Assembly (NCBI GenBank): GCA_964401835.1
Contig: CAYNZP010000010.1
Location: forward strand, 9,312-73,311
Length of the DNA stretch: 64,000 nucleotides
DNA from: an uncultured Planctomycetaceae bacterium
Lineage (GTDB): Bacteria > Planctomycetota > Phycisphaerae > SM23-33
Reading direction: 5' to 3'
Positions 36,301 to 46,942 of the stretch are shown in pieces. The stretch's first letter is position 1, and each line of letters starts with the position of its first letter. The notes beneath the pieces are model-generated. The model was not told the origin of the DNA. It was given only the letters and a program-made list of their open reading frames with translations, and made no database searches. Position numbers and translations under genes: made by a program.

Positions 36301-37407
36301 ATGAAAAAAGCCAACGACAATAATCCTGAAAAGATATTGGTTTTTCTTCCCAATTGGGTAGGCGATGCTGTGATGGCTACCCCGGCACTACATGCTTTGA
36401 GGGAGTATTTCAGTTCATCCGAAATCACCTATCTGGGTCGGCCGGCGGCTTTGGCTACTCTTGAGGGATTAAAACTCGCCGATTCAGGTATAGTCGATTT
36501 CACTCGCGCTCAGCCCGGGTTTTCCAGCACTGTTCGACTTTTGCGACAAATACGAAAAGAATATTTTGACTTGGCCATTTTATTTCCCAACAGCTTCCGC
36601 ACGGCGATGTTTTCCAAGCTGGCAGGCGTAAAACGGATTGCCGGTTACGACCGAGACGGGCGCGGTTGGCTGATGAAATATAAAGTCCAGCCACCCCGGG
36701 ACGCTTCGGGCAACCTTCAGCCGATCTCAGCTATAGATTATTACAACGAACTAGCACGAAAACTCGGTGCTCACGTCAATTCGCGAAAGATGACTCTGGC
36801 TGTTTCCCAGGAAGCTGAAGCCCATGCAGACGGACTATTAGCCCAGGCACAGATAGATAAAACCAAACCGATTGTCATACTGAATCCCGGGGCATCGTTC
36901 GGCGTAAGTAAAATATGGGATTCTGACCGTTACGCAGCCCTTGCGGACAAGCTAATTGAGCGGCGAGGTGCACAGATAATTATAAACGCCGCTCCAGATG
37001 AGAAGCATGTCGCAGCTCATGTTGAAAAGATGATGAAAAACACGCCAGCGATCAATTTCGCCAATCACGAAAATACGCTCACTCTTCTCAAGAGCATGAC
37101 AAAACGCTGTGATCTTCTGATTACAAACGATACTGGAGCAAGGCATTTTGCGGCGGCATTTTCGATAGGCGTGGTTACCATCTTTGGCAGCACCGATCCG
37201 CGGTGGGCACAAATTGATTATGATCTGGAGCGAATCGTTCGGGTAGATGTTCCGTGTTCGCCATGTCAGAAAAAATATTGCCTTCAACCGCCCGGCCCCC
37301 AATATCATCGGTGCATGGACGCGATTACACCTGATATGGTCTTGGCTCCGGCTGAGGAATTACTCGACTTATTGACGAGTCAAAAAGGTTCAAGGGGGAT
37401 TAAATAA
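36301..37407 (+). CDS. waaF: LPS heptosyltransferase II (GT9)
   Basis: PNWVGDAVM, PNSFRTA, LNPGA, NDTGARH, IFGST. Confidence 0.88.
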   Translation: MKKANDNNPEKILVFLPNWVGDAVMATPALHALREYFSSSEITYLGRPAALATLEGLKLADSGIVDFTRAQPGFSSTVRLLRQIRKEYFDLAILFPNSFRTAMFSKLAGVKRIAGYDRDGRGWLMKYKVQPPRDASGNLQPISAIDYYNELARKLGAHVNSRKMTLAVSQEAEAHADGLLAQAQIDKTKPIVILNPGASFGVSKIWDSDRYAALADKLIERRGAQIIINAAPDEKHVAAHVEKMMKNTPAINFANHENTLTLLKSMTKRCDLLITNDTGARHFAAAFSIGVVTIFGSTDPRWAQIDYDLERIVRVDVPCSPCQKKYCLQPPGPQYHRCMDAITPDMVLAPAEELLDLLTSQKGSRGIK

Positions 37408-38222
37408 TGCCGGTGGGTCAGGACTGCGATGAACTGCTGGTCAGTGCGCTCAAGCGAGAGTCCCTCGATAGTGTGGAAGGGGCCTTCGCCTACGATAGCG
37501 GAGAAGACCTGAATAAACCAAATCTTCAACATCGTCGCAGGACGCGTTTATCTGTGGCTGATGACAAAGGCCGAGTGCATGAGCTTTATCTTAAGCGCTA
37601 CGGTCAGGAAAAGCTTAAGGATAAACTAAAACGAATTTTCACATACGGTTGGAATTCCAGCCCGGCAAGGACAGAATTTGAAAATATTCGCTCTGCCCGC
37701 AAAGCCGGCGTTCTGACAATGCGTGAAGTGTTCTGCGATGAGCAACGTGGATTTCTTGGGACCAAACGAAGCTGCATAATCGTAACAGCCGTTCCTGGAG
37801 ATGCTCTGGAAAGATGCGGTGAAGAATTTTTATCGACCTTTTCAGACGATGCTGCTGCAACGGCTGCTTTCACCAATCAGCTTGCAATTCTGGTACGGAA
37901 ACTGCATGGAGCTGGTTTCGTTCATCGCGATTTATATGCGTCGCATGTTTTTCTGGATAATAGCTCTGGTGGGGTTCAGCTTTACCTTATTGACCTTGCC
38001 CGCATGTTTGCGCCAAAATGTCCCTGGCGTCGATTCAGGTGGAAAGTAAAAGACCTGGCCCAGCTGAAATTCTCTATGCCCAAAAGTTGGGTTGAAGATT
38101 GCTGGGGTCAGTTTCTTGTAACATATCTCGGCAAAGAAGACGCGTCCAGGTTCGGCCGCTATAATTGTGCGATTGATCGCAAGGTGTCATTTATGCATCA
38201 CCGGGCAAAAAGGAAAGTTTGA
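37407..38222 (+). CDS. LPS kinase (Kdo/WaaP/InaA family)
   Basis: YLKRY, HRDLYASH, LIDL, KDLAQL. Confidence 0.85.
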   Translation: MPVGQDCDELLVSALKRESLDSVEGAFAYDSGEDLNKPNLQHRRRTRLSVADDKGRVHELYLKRYGQEKLKDKLKRIFTYGWNSSPARTEFENIRSARKAGVLTMREVFCDEQRGFLGTKRSCIIVTAVPGDALERCGEEFLSTFSDDAAATAAFTNQLAILVRKLHGAGFVHRDLYASHVFLDNSSGGVQLYLIDLARMFAPKCPWRRFRWKVKDLAQLKFSMPKSWVEDCWGQFLVTYLGKEDASRFGRYNCAIDRKVSFMHHRAKRKV

Positions 38223-38226
38223 GTGG

Positions 38227-39381
38227 ATGAGGATAGCTTTTGTAATCGAAAACCTGACTCCATCGCGCGGAGGGCGAGAGACGTCCACGGCTCAGATTGC
38301 CTTGGCTATGGCTAGGACCGACAACGAGGTTAGTGTTCTGTGTCAGTCAGCTGATTGGCAAGGCAGCGGTGTAGAGATAGTTCAACTCGGCTGTCGTGGT
38401 AGTTCCCGGTTGGCGCAGTTGAAGAATTTTATAGATGACCTTGAAAGGACCGTTGCTCAGCGATCTTTCAATATAATCCATGCGACACTCCCTGTTCCAT
38501 GCGCTAATGTCTATCAGCTTCGTGGCGGGACCATTGTTGCACAGAAGCGGGTATCTTTGCATAAAAGAAAGGGGCTCAGCAGAAGCATAGCTCGGATAGC
38601 AAATGAGTTTAATTCTTTTCGTCGATACATGAGCCGTCTTGAAAAACAGCTTGTAAGCAATCCTGATGTGCTATGCCTTGCTGTCAGCGAAATGGTTTCT
38701 CTGGAGTTGGAGCATTTCTACCGTCGCTGTGAAGGCGTCCAAGTTGTCTATAACGCAGTCGAAGCGCCGGACCCTCAGGACGAAGACCTTGAACTTCAAC
38801 GAAAAAAGAATCGCTCTGAAATTGGGGCCAAGGATGACGATATTGTCTTTCTCTCGGTTGCGAATAATTTCCGTCTCAAAGGCATACCGGAGACAATCAA
38901 AGCATTTTCCCGATGGGTGAAATCGGATGGAAAAGGCAAAAAGGCCAAGCTGGTCATTATCGGAGCTGATGATCCGGATAACTGTAAAAAATCAGCCAGT
39001 CGGGTGGGAGTGGGAGATAAGGTCGTTTTCCAGCCGTACGTTGATAATATTTTCAGTTGGTATGCTGCTGCAGACGTCTGTATCCTGCTCAGCTGGTACG
39101 ATCCTTGCAGCCGGGTTGTGCTCGAAGCGACTCGGATCGGATTGCCTTCCATAACAACAGAACTTAACGGGGCAGGTGAAATCCTCACGCATGGTGGCGG
39201 TGTTGTAGTAAGTTCGCCAGAGGCAATAGATGCGATCATGGATGCCATGGATGTGCTTGCCGCCCCGAAGAAACGACAAAATTTCAGCAGGTCTTGTATA
39301 CAGGTAGCTGGCCAGCTTAGTATAGAAAACCACATAGAAGGTCTGCTTGATATTTATAAGGAACTTTTGCAAAACAGATGA
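38227..39381 (+). CDS. Glycosyltransferase family 4 (WaaG-like)
   Basis: RGGRE, ANNFRLKG, YDPCSRVVLEA. Confidence 0.88.
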   Translation: MRIAFVIENLTPSRGGRETSTAQIALAMARTDNEVSVLCQSADWQGSGVEIVQLGCRGSSRLAQLKNFIDDLERTVAQRSFNIIHATLPVPCANVYQLRGGTIVAQKRVSLHKRKGLSRSIARIANEFNSFRRYMSRLEKQLVSNPDVLCLAVSEMVSLELEHFYRRCEGVQVVYNAVEAPDPQDEDLELQRKKNRSEIGAKDDDIVFLSVANNFRLKGIPETIKAFSRWVKSDGKGKKAKLVIIGADDPDNCKKSASRVGVGDKVVFQPYVDNIFSWYAAADVCILLSWYDPCSRVVLEATRIGLPSITTELNGAGEILTHGGGVVVSSPEAIDAIMDAMDVLAAPKKRQNFSRSCIQVAGQLSIENHIEGLLDIYKELLQNR

Positions 39382-40040
39382 CAGAAAACCCAATGATATT
39401 GTTTGTTGTTTTTCCGCTTGTCGCTTATCTGATTGGTTCCACTCCGTTTGGAGTAATAATTGCCCGTTGCAGGGGTGTCGATCTTCGCAAAGTAGGCAGC
39501 GGAAATGTCGGTGCGACAAATGTTGTGCGGTCAGTCGGCCAGATATGGGGTTATCTCTGTTTCTTGCTCGATGTCACCAAGGGTTTTGTTCCAGCTTTCC
39601 TGGCTGGTTTATTACTGGCTGGAAAGGACTCTGCAGAGATGTCTGTAATAAGTCAGGCTTCATGGCTGTCGGTCGGTTGCGGTGCGATATTCGGACATGT
39701 TTTCAGCTTCTGGCTGAAATTCAAGGGTGGTAAGGGTGTGGCGACGGCGCTCGGTGTTGTACTTGGGATTTTTCCTTATTTTACCTATGCCGGGATATGC
39801 GCATTAGGAATCTGGATTGGGGTTACGCTCATTAGCCGATATGTTTCGCTAGGGAGCATAATTGCAGCCTTGGCCTTTCTGCCTTTGTTCGCTTTATTCA
39901 ATATGGAACAACTCGTCAATCTCTGGCCACTGCTTATTTTTGCAGCAGCGATGATAATTCTGATTCTGGTTCGTCATCGCACAAACATCCGTCGCCTTCT
40001 TAAGGGGCAGGAAAATAAGATAGGCCAAAAAGCGTCTTGA
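39378..40040 (+). CDS. plsY: Glycerol-3-phosphate acyltransferase
   Basis: [32 protein letters not shown]. Confidence 0.95.
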   Translation: MTENPMILFVVFPLVAYLIGSTPFGVIIARCRGVDLRKVGSGNVGATNVVRSVGQIWGYLCFLLDVTKGFVPAFLAGLLLAGKDSAEMSVISQASWLSVGCGAIFGHVFSFWLKFKGGKGVATALGVVLGIFPYFTYAGICALGIWIGVTLISRYVSLGSIIAALAFLPLFALFNMEQLVNLWPLLIFAAAMIILILVRHRTNIRRLLKGQENKIGQKAS

Positions 40041-40093
40041 AAATTATTACCCAAAGTGGATTTGTCCCCAAAAAGTTAAGAATTCACCAGACT

Positions 40094-40945
40094 TTACATT
40101 TGTCCGTTAGCGATAGAAATTACTTTGGCCAATCGCTCAGCGCAACCTTCATCGATCATCTTTTTAAGTTCATCGGCTGAGTAGAAAACCTCAAGCATCA
40201 TCGTTCCGTTGTAGTTAATGTCGCAAATAGCCTTGGCAAGAGCGTCTGTGTCAATGCTACCATAGGTCGGCATGAGATGTTCGTCACCTTCACTGGAATT
40301 GTCGGAAAAATGCATGTAAATCATTTGGTCTGCGGTTTGACCGACAGCTTCTACGGGATTACCCACCATATTGGCATGGCCGGAATCAAAACACATGCCG
40401 GTTGATGGTGCTCCCAACTCTTCCAATATTGCTACAAGTTCCGTAATGTCCGAGCCGACCGGATGATAACCTGGCAGGTTCTCGAAAGCATATGTTACTC
40501 CTATTTCCTTGCCGAATTCTCCCAACTCTACGATAGATTTTTTCAGTTGAGATATTCGTTTGTTTCGCTCTTCTTCACTCACTCCTTCATGGCGAATAGT
40601 AGAACAGTGCACAACTACGAGTGACCCGCCTAGCATAAGTACGAGATCGCCTTCAGCTTTGAATATATCAACCGCGAATCGTCTTGCACGTTTGTCAGGT
40701 GAGGATGGATCGAATTCTTCCCCGAAAACACCATGAAGACTGTCACACGGCATTTCACCTAGAGCCAGCACTTCTCGCATCTTTTGAACGGGGATTTGAG
40801 CCTTCTGATTGCGATATGCCTGAACCACTTCGCAGCCGAGTTTACGCATGCAGCTAAGCCATTCTTTCGGGGGGAAGTCATCGAAACCTATTGGAGCAAC
40901 CGTCCCAAGTTTTATTTTCATTCCATTATCCTTACAGCTGTCCAT
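40094..40945 (-). CDS. Sugar phosphate isomerase/epimerase family TIM-barrel protein
   Basis: FENL, FDSGHA, HFSDN, MLEV. Confidence 0.85.
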   Translation of the reverse strand: MDSCKDNGMKIKLGTVAPIGFDDFPPKEWLSCMRKLGCEVVQAYRNQKAQIPVQKMREVLALGEMPCDSLHGVFGEEFDPSSPDKRARRFAVDIFKAEGDLVLMLGGSLVVVHCSTIRHEGVSEEERNKRISQLKKSIVELGEFGKEIGVTYAFENLPGYHPVGSDITELVAILEELGAPSTGMCFDSGHANMVGNPVEAVGQTADQMIYMHFSDNSSEGDEHLMPTYGSIDTDALAKAICDINYNGTMMLEVFYSADELKKMIDEGCAERLAKVISIANGQM

Positions 40946-40955
40946 TCCCTAGTTT

Positions 40956-42011
40956 TTAATTTGCACTGATGGCTTTGCGAATAAATTCAGCTCGAGCTTC
41001 GCTTCGCTGCTCGGGTGCCATCTCTTTATCGAGTATTTTCTGCAAATGTGCCGGTTGAGTCATCAGGAAAAGTTCGTTGACTGTTTTGATATCAATATCT
41101 TCAATTTGACCGAGATTGACGCCAAGTCGTACAAGTGAAAGCAGGTACATTGTCTCTTCAGAACTGACAAGTTTTGCATTCCGTAGAATTGCCACAGCCC
41201 GTGATATCTTGTCTTCGACTGACACTGCCCGATTTTCCATCAATCCTTCTCGGGCATGTCGTTCATAATCAATAAATTGCGGCACGATCAGGTTGCAGAA
41301 TTCATTAACCAGATCCTCTTCGCTTTTGCCGAGTGTCGTCTGGTTTGATATCTGGAAGAAATCACCTGTTGCCTCGGTGCCTTCGCCATATAGGCCGCGA
41401 ATCGCCAGCCGCATATCGCGTGCTGCACGGAAGGCTTTTTCAATCTCGCCAGTCATTTTCAGTGCGGGCAGGTGAAGCATGACGCTCAATCGCAAGCCGG
41501 TTCCTGCATTTGTCGGGCAAGCCGTCAAGTAGCCGTATTTGCTATGGAAAGCAAAATCGAGCCTGTTTTCAAGATAGTCATCAATCTTATCTATGTCTTT
41601 TATTGCTTCAGTCAGCTGAAGGCCGCTTCGTAGAACCTGAATGCGGAGGTGGTCTTCCTCATTTACCATTATCGCAACAGTCTCGTCGCCGCTGACTGCT
41701 ACTCCACGCGGATGCTGGGCCTGGCTTTGCTGACGGGAAATAAGGTGTCTTTCTACGAGAAGCTTGCGGTCGAGTTTTGACGCCTTTTCGATATCAACGT
41801 AGAACAAGCCCTTGGCAATATCGGCTGAAAGGATTTCGCTACGTAGCTTGTCTTCAAGTTCTCGCTGTTGCTGAGCATTGCACCTGGCCAAAAAAGGTGT
41901 GCCAGCCAGGTTCCTTGCCAGCCTGACACGGGAGGAAATCACAACATCATGCATCGGGCCAATTCCGCGAAGCCACTCGCCTGCCTGTTTGGTTAGTTCG
42001 GCAAGGGTCAT
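40956..42011 (-). CDS. mcsB: Protein arginine kinase
   Basis: SSRVRLARN, NEEDHLR, GYLTACPTN, QISNQTTLG. Confidence 0.95.
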   Translation of the reverse strand: MTLAELTKQAGEWLRGIGPMHDVVISSRVRLARNLAGTPFLARCNAQQQRELEDKLRSEILSADIAKGLFYVDIEKASKLDRKLLVERHLISRQQSQAQHPRGVAVSGDETVAIMVNEEDHLRIQVLRSGLQLTEAIKDIDKIDDYLENRLDFAFHSKYGYLTACPTNAGTGLRLSVMLHLPALKMTGEIEKAFRAARDMRLAIRGLYGEGTEATGDFFQISNQTTLGKSEEDLVNEFCNLIVPQFIDYERHAREGLMENRAVSVEDKISRAVAILRNAKLVSSEETMYLLSLVRLGVNLGQIEDIDIKTVNELFLMTQPAHLQKILDKEMAPEQRSEARAEFIRKAISAN

Positions 42012-42496
42012 GAATTCTCAAACTCCTTTATCTGATCGCGGAGAATCGCTGCACGCTCATAATCTTCAGAATTTATCGCCGCCTTGAGCTGGGCCCGAAG
42101 ACGCAAAAGAGAATTCTGCTTCTTCTGGTCGCTTCCGACGCGGTGGGGCACCTTGCCAACATGCTGGGTTGCGCCTTCCTGGGCCCGCTCGAGCAGGCCT
42201 GCAAGTGCGGGCTCGAAGGCGTCATAGTCGTACGGACAGCCAAGCAGGCCCTTCTCACGGAATTCAGAGAATGTCATCCCGCATACTTCACAGGTAAGGT
42301 CAGTAATATCTTTGCCGGCTGCGCTCTGGAGCACGAAGTCCTCAAGCAACTGGCTTATGGGGACATTAGCCTTTATTGTAATTCCCTCTGTCGAGGCGCA
42401 ATCCTCGCAAAGATGCTTTTCGAACTTTTGGCCGTCAACTATCTCTGTGAGGTGGATAGTTGCGGGCTTGTTACATTTATCACATTTATATTTCAT
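42008..42496 (-). CDS. mcsA: McsB activator (UVR-domain Zn-finger protein)
   Basis: CxxC motifs, GLLGC, HVGKVP, EDYERAAILRD. Confidence 0.92.
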   Translation of the reverse strand: MKYKCDKCNKPATIHLTEIVDGQKFEKHLCEDCASTEGITIKANVPISQLLEDFVLQSAAGKDITDLTCEVCGMTFSEFREKGLLGCPYDYDAFEPALAGLLERAQEGATQHVGKVPHRVGSDQKKQNSLLRLRAQLKAAINSEDYERAAILRDQIKEFENS

Positions 42497-42542
42497 GACG
42501 ACTACTCGCTATCCTAAGAAAAACCCGAAGGATGCGTCAAGA

Positions 42543-42917
42543 TCACGTTTTCATATAGTACGAGGCGCAACAGTCTCGCGTTTCGGTAACTGTAACTTTA
42601 TATAACTTATAACCGCCATTAAGCCTGGCTTGGAGTCTATTAGCTAAAACTTCCGCAACACGCTCAGCTGAGGCGCCTTTTTTGTCAAATTCGTCCATTG
42701 AGTCCAGGTTGGTTCCATTGAGTTCGGCTGCGATCGATTTCATGGCCCGAGCTACCTCGACAAAGTCGATTACGATTCCCTGGGGCTGATCGAGTTCATT
42801 GGATCTGAAATACGCTGTAAACACCCAATTATGCTCATGCGGCTTCTCGAAAGAGCCGTCCGGTAGCAGTATTGCGTGTGTTGCGGTAAATTCGTTTTTT
42901 ACGCTTACTTCGTACAT
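42543..42917 (-). CDS. queD: 6-carboxytetrahydropterin synthase / PTPS family
   Basis: FTATH, PHEHNW, VIDF, SAERVA, VTET. Confidence 0.75.
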   Translation of the reverse strand: MYEVSVKNEFTATHAILLPDGSFEKPHEHNWVFTAYFRSNELDQPQGIVIDFVEVARAMKSIAAELNGTNLDSMDEFDKKGASAERVAEVLANRLQARLNGGYKLYKVTVTETRDCCASYYMKT

Positions 42918-43000
42918 TGTACTCTCTAACATTCTACACAACTTATTGAAGTGTGGAAGGCAATAACCTTAAGGGCTTAAAAACGTGGGGCTTTGTGAAA

Positions 43001-43873
43001 CTAAGTTATTTTCTGGAGATATCCGCGGGCCGTTGCAAACCAACCGCTTCCCCAACTGTTCATTCCGTGCAGAAGAAGCGTTGCGATAGCTACTGAGGTC
43101 ATTTCGTCATGGTTCTGGTCTATATAATTAACTACGGCATCGCGATCGTTGCGGACAGGTATTATCTCTGTATGCTCGTGTGAGTCTTTTGCCTCGGCTG
43201 CGAATTTGAGGATCTTGGCGATTTCAGCATTTACCTTCAGGTCGAAAATCAGCTCCGGCTGCAGAATTTGTCTGTCACGGATAAGCCCCAGGCAGATGCC
43301 CTCTGTAACCATTGCGGAACCTATGTCCAACTCTTCAGACAATTCACTTAACATTATCAGGTACAGGTCGATTTTTGTTGTGTCGCTTAGTGCGTGTTCG
43401 ACCATCCCGCCAATAGCATCTATCTTGCCGGCGTTGAAAAAAATTCGATTACTGCGTCGGCCCAGAACTATAAATCCGTCAGAAGTAACAACAGACGCCG
43501 AGACTCCCAGTGCGTTAGCCAGACTTTCTTCCCCATAGGTATAACGAATTTGGGCTTGGGAAAGGTTCGTTCCGACAAATTCTCTGTAATCGGTATGGCC
43601 AAGGTTGAGAGTAAGGTTATCTTCCTCTACAGAGCAAAAATCCAATCGGCAGAGCTGGCCGTTGTAGAGGTTTATATTTTCCTCTTCGGCTCGACGCTGC
43701 TGCTGTGCCCATGTCTGCTCTATGACTTTTTCGACATCTTTATGGGAAGGGCGTTTTTGGTCAGACCACTTAATCTTAATTTTCTCCGGCGCAAAGCTTC
43801 CCGCGACATCCAGGAAGAAGACCCCTAGGTCATGGCTGCCGTCATATGTTTTTTTTGTTTCCTTTGACAACAT
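43001..43873 (-). CDS. NUDIX-fold hydrolase (NUDT22-like)
   Basis: YNGQLCRL, TDYREFVGTN, LGVSA, ELSEELD, PEL. Confidence 0.75.
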   Translation of the reverse strand: MLSKETKKTYDGSHDLGVFFLDVAGSFAPEKIKIKWSDQKRPSHKDVEKVIEQTWAQQQRRAEEENINLYNGQLCRLDFCSVEEDNLTLNLGHTDYREFVGTNLSQAQIRYTYGEESLANALGVSASVVTSDGFIVLGRRSNRIFFNAGKIDAIGGMVEHALSDTTKIDLYLIMLSELSEELDIGSAMVTEGICLGLIRDRQILQPELIFDLKVNAEIAKILKFAAEAKDSHEHTEIIPVRNDRDAVVNYIDQNHDEMTSVAIATLLLHGMNSWGSGWFATARGYLQKIT

Positions 43874-43881
43874 CTTTCCCC

Positions 43882-44868
43882 CTACAACCAGTCAGCTAAC
43901 TGCTCTGCAAAATAAGTAATAATCAAATCTGCTCCGCTACGCTTAATGGCAGATGTTACTTCCAACACAGTTGTCTTTTCGTCAATCCAGCCTGCGTTGG
44001 CAGCGGCTTTTATCATCGAATATTCACCACTGATATTATAGGCAGCTAGTGGCGCATCAAATTTTTGTCGAATTTTCGAGATTATGTCCAGGTAGGGCAG
44101 AGCCGGCTTGACCATGAAGATATCGGCGCCTTCTTCTAGGTCTGCAGCTGCTTCGGGGCAGGCCTGACTTGGTGAGCGATAATCCATCTGGTAGGATTTT
44201 CTGTCCCCAAATTGCATATTGCTCTCGGCTGCATCACGGAAAGGGCCATACAGGCTCGAAGCGAATTTCACCGCATAAGACATAATTGCAGTCGTTTTAA
44301 GTTCTTTGTCGTCAAGTGCCTGTCGTATTGCTGCGACCTGTCCGTCCATCATCGCTGATGGCGCTACTATATCCGCGCCGGATTTGGCATGAGAGATAGC
44401 TACCTTTGCGAGCAATTCAAGCGCAGCGTCATTATCTACCTCAGCCTTGCCTTTGGGGGAGCTTACAACCGGGCCGCAATGCCCGTGATCGGTATATTCG
44501 CAGAGACAGACATCAGTTATGACGACAATTTCCTCGAAGCGTTTTTTTATCTCTCTACAGAGTCTTTGGACACCAGCCTTCTCGTCCCATGCTTTGGAGC
44601 CTTGTGGGTCCTTTTGGTCGGGTATGCCGAAAAGAAGTACAGCCCGGAGGCCTTTATCTGCCCAGCGTGCAACGGTTTCAATCGCCGTATCGACGGAGTA
44701 TTGGAATTGGTCCGGCATGGATGGGATTTCTTTTGTTATGGCGGTTCCTTCGCGCACGAAAAGCGGCGCAATGAGTTCATCTTTACAGAGTCGGACTTCT
44801 GCGAGCATTTCGCGAAGCGTCGCATTGTATCGCAACCGCCTCAGGCGTTTTGTCGGAAATTTTGCCAT
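43882..44868 (-). CDS. hemB: Porphobilinogen synthase
   Basis: DVCLCEYTDHGHCG, APSAMMDG, YGPFRDA, MVKPA. Confidence 0.96.
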   Translation of the reverse strand: MAKFPTKRLRRLRYNATLREMLAEVRLCKDELIAPLFVREGTAITKEIPSMPDQFQYSVDTAIETVARWADKGLRAVLLFGIPDQKDPQGSKAWDEKAGVQRLCREIKKRFEEIVVITDVCLCEYTDHGHCGPVVSSPKGKAEVDNDAALELLAKVAISHAKSGADIVAPSAMMDGQVAAIRQALDDKELKTTAIMSYAVKFASSLYGPFRDAAESNMQFGDRKSYQMDYRSPSQACPEAAADLEEGADIFMVKPALPYLDIISKIRQKFDAPLAAYNISGEYSMIKAAANAGWIDEKTTVLEVTSAIKRSGADLIITYFAEQLADWL

Positions 44869-44964
44869 AGGATCCATAACCAATAGTCTGAAAGATAATA
44901 TGATACCGGAAGTTAGGGCTTTTTTGAAATAAAAGGTTCCCCATGGCCACTCAAGTGAGTTATT

Positions 44965-46833
44965 TCAGACGTCTCTTTGTCGGCTGGAAAGGAGGACAAT
45001 ATCCCGTAGATGTTCTCCATGGGGGGCAGATAGCCATCGCTCTGTAAAACCATGTTCCTGAACGATATGCGCAACAGCCATAAGTGCACGGAGGTGATAG
45101 TTACGCTGGTCAGCCGAACCGACCAGTACGAATGCTGTCTGGACTGGGACATCGGATTGGGGGAAAAGTACACCGTCTTTACACCTCACAAGTAGGATAT
45201 CGAAGAGCTTATCGCCCTCGACAATGACGTGCGGTATCGCCAGTCCCGGCTGAATTACCGTACTGGACCCCTTTTCGCGGGCCAAAAAGAGTTTTAGTAG
45301 TTCTTCTTTTGTAGTGTCAAGTCGCGGCGCCAGCGCGTCGGCTGCCCGGTTGAATAACTCGTTTGAATCTATCGAACCTTCAATATCGAGAATGGCGCAG
45401 TTGCTGATAAGTTGGTCGAAACGGTCGTGTGTTACCTCATCCCGCTCGAGCGCTATTTCCCTGAGTTCCTCTTCCAGTTCGCTACGGTATATCTCTTTCG
45501 AGACGATATTCTTAACCATGTAGATGAATGCGCTCTCACGGTCAATTCGCGGCCGGATATAAATCACATACCACATCACGCCGATTAGAGCGAAAATACC
45601 CGTTGTTATGAGAGGAACAGCGCCCATCTCAGTAATGAGGAAGATATATAACACGATCCCAATAATCTGGAACCACGGGTAGAAGGGGCAACGGTAAAGC
45701 GGCCGATAGTTCTGAATCTTGCTTCCCCGCATGATAATCACAGCCAGATTAACCATCGCAAAGAGCATCAGCATCATTGTGCTGGCGACCTTGACGAGGT
45801 TTGAGATGCTCAAGGCTGCGATGACGACAATCATGAACGCCCCCGTAATCACTATGCTAATTACGGGCGTGCCGAATCGCGCTGAAGTTTTCTGAAATAT
45901 TGCAGGCAGCAAGCCGTCATGGCTCATTGCCATCGGGCTTCTCGAAGCCGTAAGTATGCCGGAGTTAGCCGTAGTGATGAAGGCTAGCATTCCTGCAAGT
46001 GCCAGTAAAATCATTCCCGGCTTTGCCAGAAACACGTTGGCAGCTGTGCTAAGCGGTGTGTAATTAGTATAGCCCGTTTGTTCATCATACAGCTGAGCCG
46101 GTTCCAGAACGCCTTCGGTAACGAATATGGCGGCCACATAAACAAGAGAAACAATAATCAATGCTGCAAACATTCCCGCCGGCAGTGTTCGGCCTGGGTT
46201 TCTGACCTCACCTGCAACAGAAGCGATCTTGGTAAGCCCGCCGAACGAGACGAAGACCAGGCCGGCCGTGGCTAGGACTTCTTTCATACCTTTATCCATG
46301 AAGTTCTCAAACGAAGAATGCTTAACTTCGCCAATGCCGAAAACCACGAATATCCCTAGCACTGACAGGAGAATGGCAACCATAATAATCTGGGCTTTGC
46401 CGGTCTGCTTTACACTGATTATGTTAAGGGCCATAAAAAAGACGCAGCAACCAATGGCGATAAGCTTGATGTGCCAGTCTGAAGCATCCGGCCAGATGAG
46501 TTGGGCAAAAGCTCCAATACCGATCAATGCGAATGCGCTTTTAAGTGATATGGATAACCAATTCGCCAGGCCTGCAAAAATTCCGGGCAATGATCCCATG
46601 CTTCGTTCGATGAAGAAATAACTCCCGCCGCTTCGGGGCATGGCACTTGCGAGTTCTGCCTGACTCATCGCAGCTGGAATTGCCATCAGGCCAGCCAGAG
46701 CATAGGCCAGTAACATCGCTGGGCCAGACTTTCTAAAAGCCAGGCCCGGCAGGACGAACAAACCGCTACTGATCATCGCGCCTGAGGCGATGCAGAAAAT
46801 ACCCCAGAATCCTAATTTTCGTCTTAACTTCAA
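44965..46833 (-). CDS. APC-family amino acid permease fused to a PTS EIIA-like domain
   Basis: GAMISSG, ELASAMPRSGG, multiple TMs; C-terminal GLAIPH. Confidence 0.88.
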   Translation of the reverse strand: MKLRRKLGFWGIFCIASGAMISSGLFVLPGLAFRKSGPAMLLAYALAGLMAIPAAMSQAELASAMPRSGGSYFFIERSMGSLPGIFAGLANWLSISLKSAFALIGIGAFAQLIWPDASDWHIKLIAIGCCVFFMALNIISVKQTGKAQIIMVAILLSVLGIFVVFGIGEVKHSSFENFMDKGMKEVLATAGLVFVSFGGLTKIASVAGEVRNPGRTLPAGMFAALIIVSLVYVAAIFVTEGVLEPAQLYDEQTGYTNYTPLSTAANVFLAKPGMILLALAGMLAFITTANSGILTASRSPMAMSHDGLLPAIFQKTSARFGTPVISIVITGAFMIVVIAALSISNLVKVASTMMLMLFAMVNLAVIIMRGSKIQNYRPLYRCPFYPWFQIIGIVLYIFLITEMGAVPLITTGIFALIGVMWYVIYIRPRIDRESAFIYMVKNIVSKEIYRSELEEELREIALERDEVTHDRFDQLISNCAILDIEGSIDSNELFNRAADALAPRLDTTKEELLKLFLAREKGSSTVIQPGLAIPHVIVEGDKLFDILLVRCKDGVLFPQSDVPVQTAFVLVGSADQRNYHLRALMAVAHIVQEHGFTERWLSAPHGEHLRDIVLLSSRQRDV

Positions 46834-46942
46834 TTAATTGGCCCTCTTATGCCAACTGTCAGCTTAAGTTATTGATAAACCCCTGTCGATAAGAAAACAG
46901 CCCTTGTTACATAACTCCTACGTTATTTTAGGGAGCAATTTC

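Noticed and set aside
40956-42496. mcsA-mcsB without adjacent ctsR or clpC
   Set aside because: Ordinary gene-order variation; nothing in the sequence suggests a new function.
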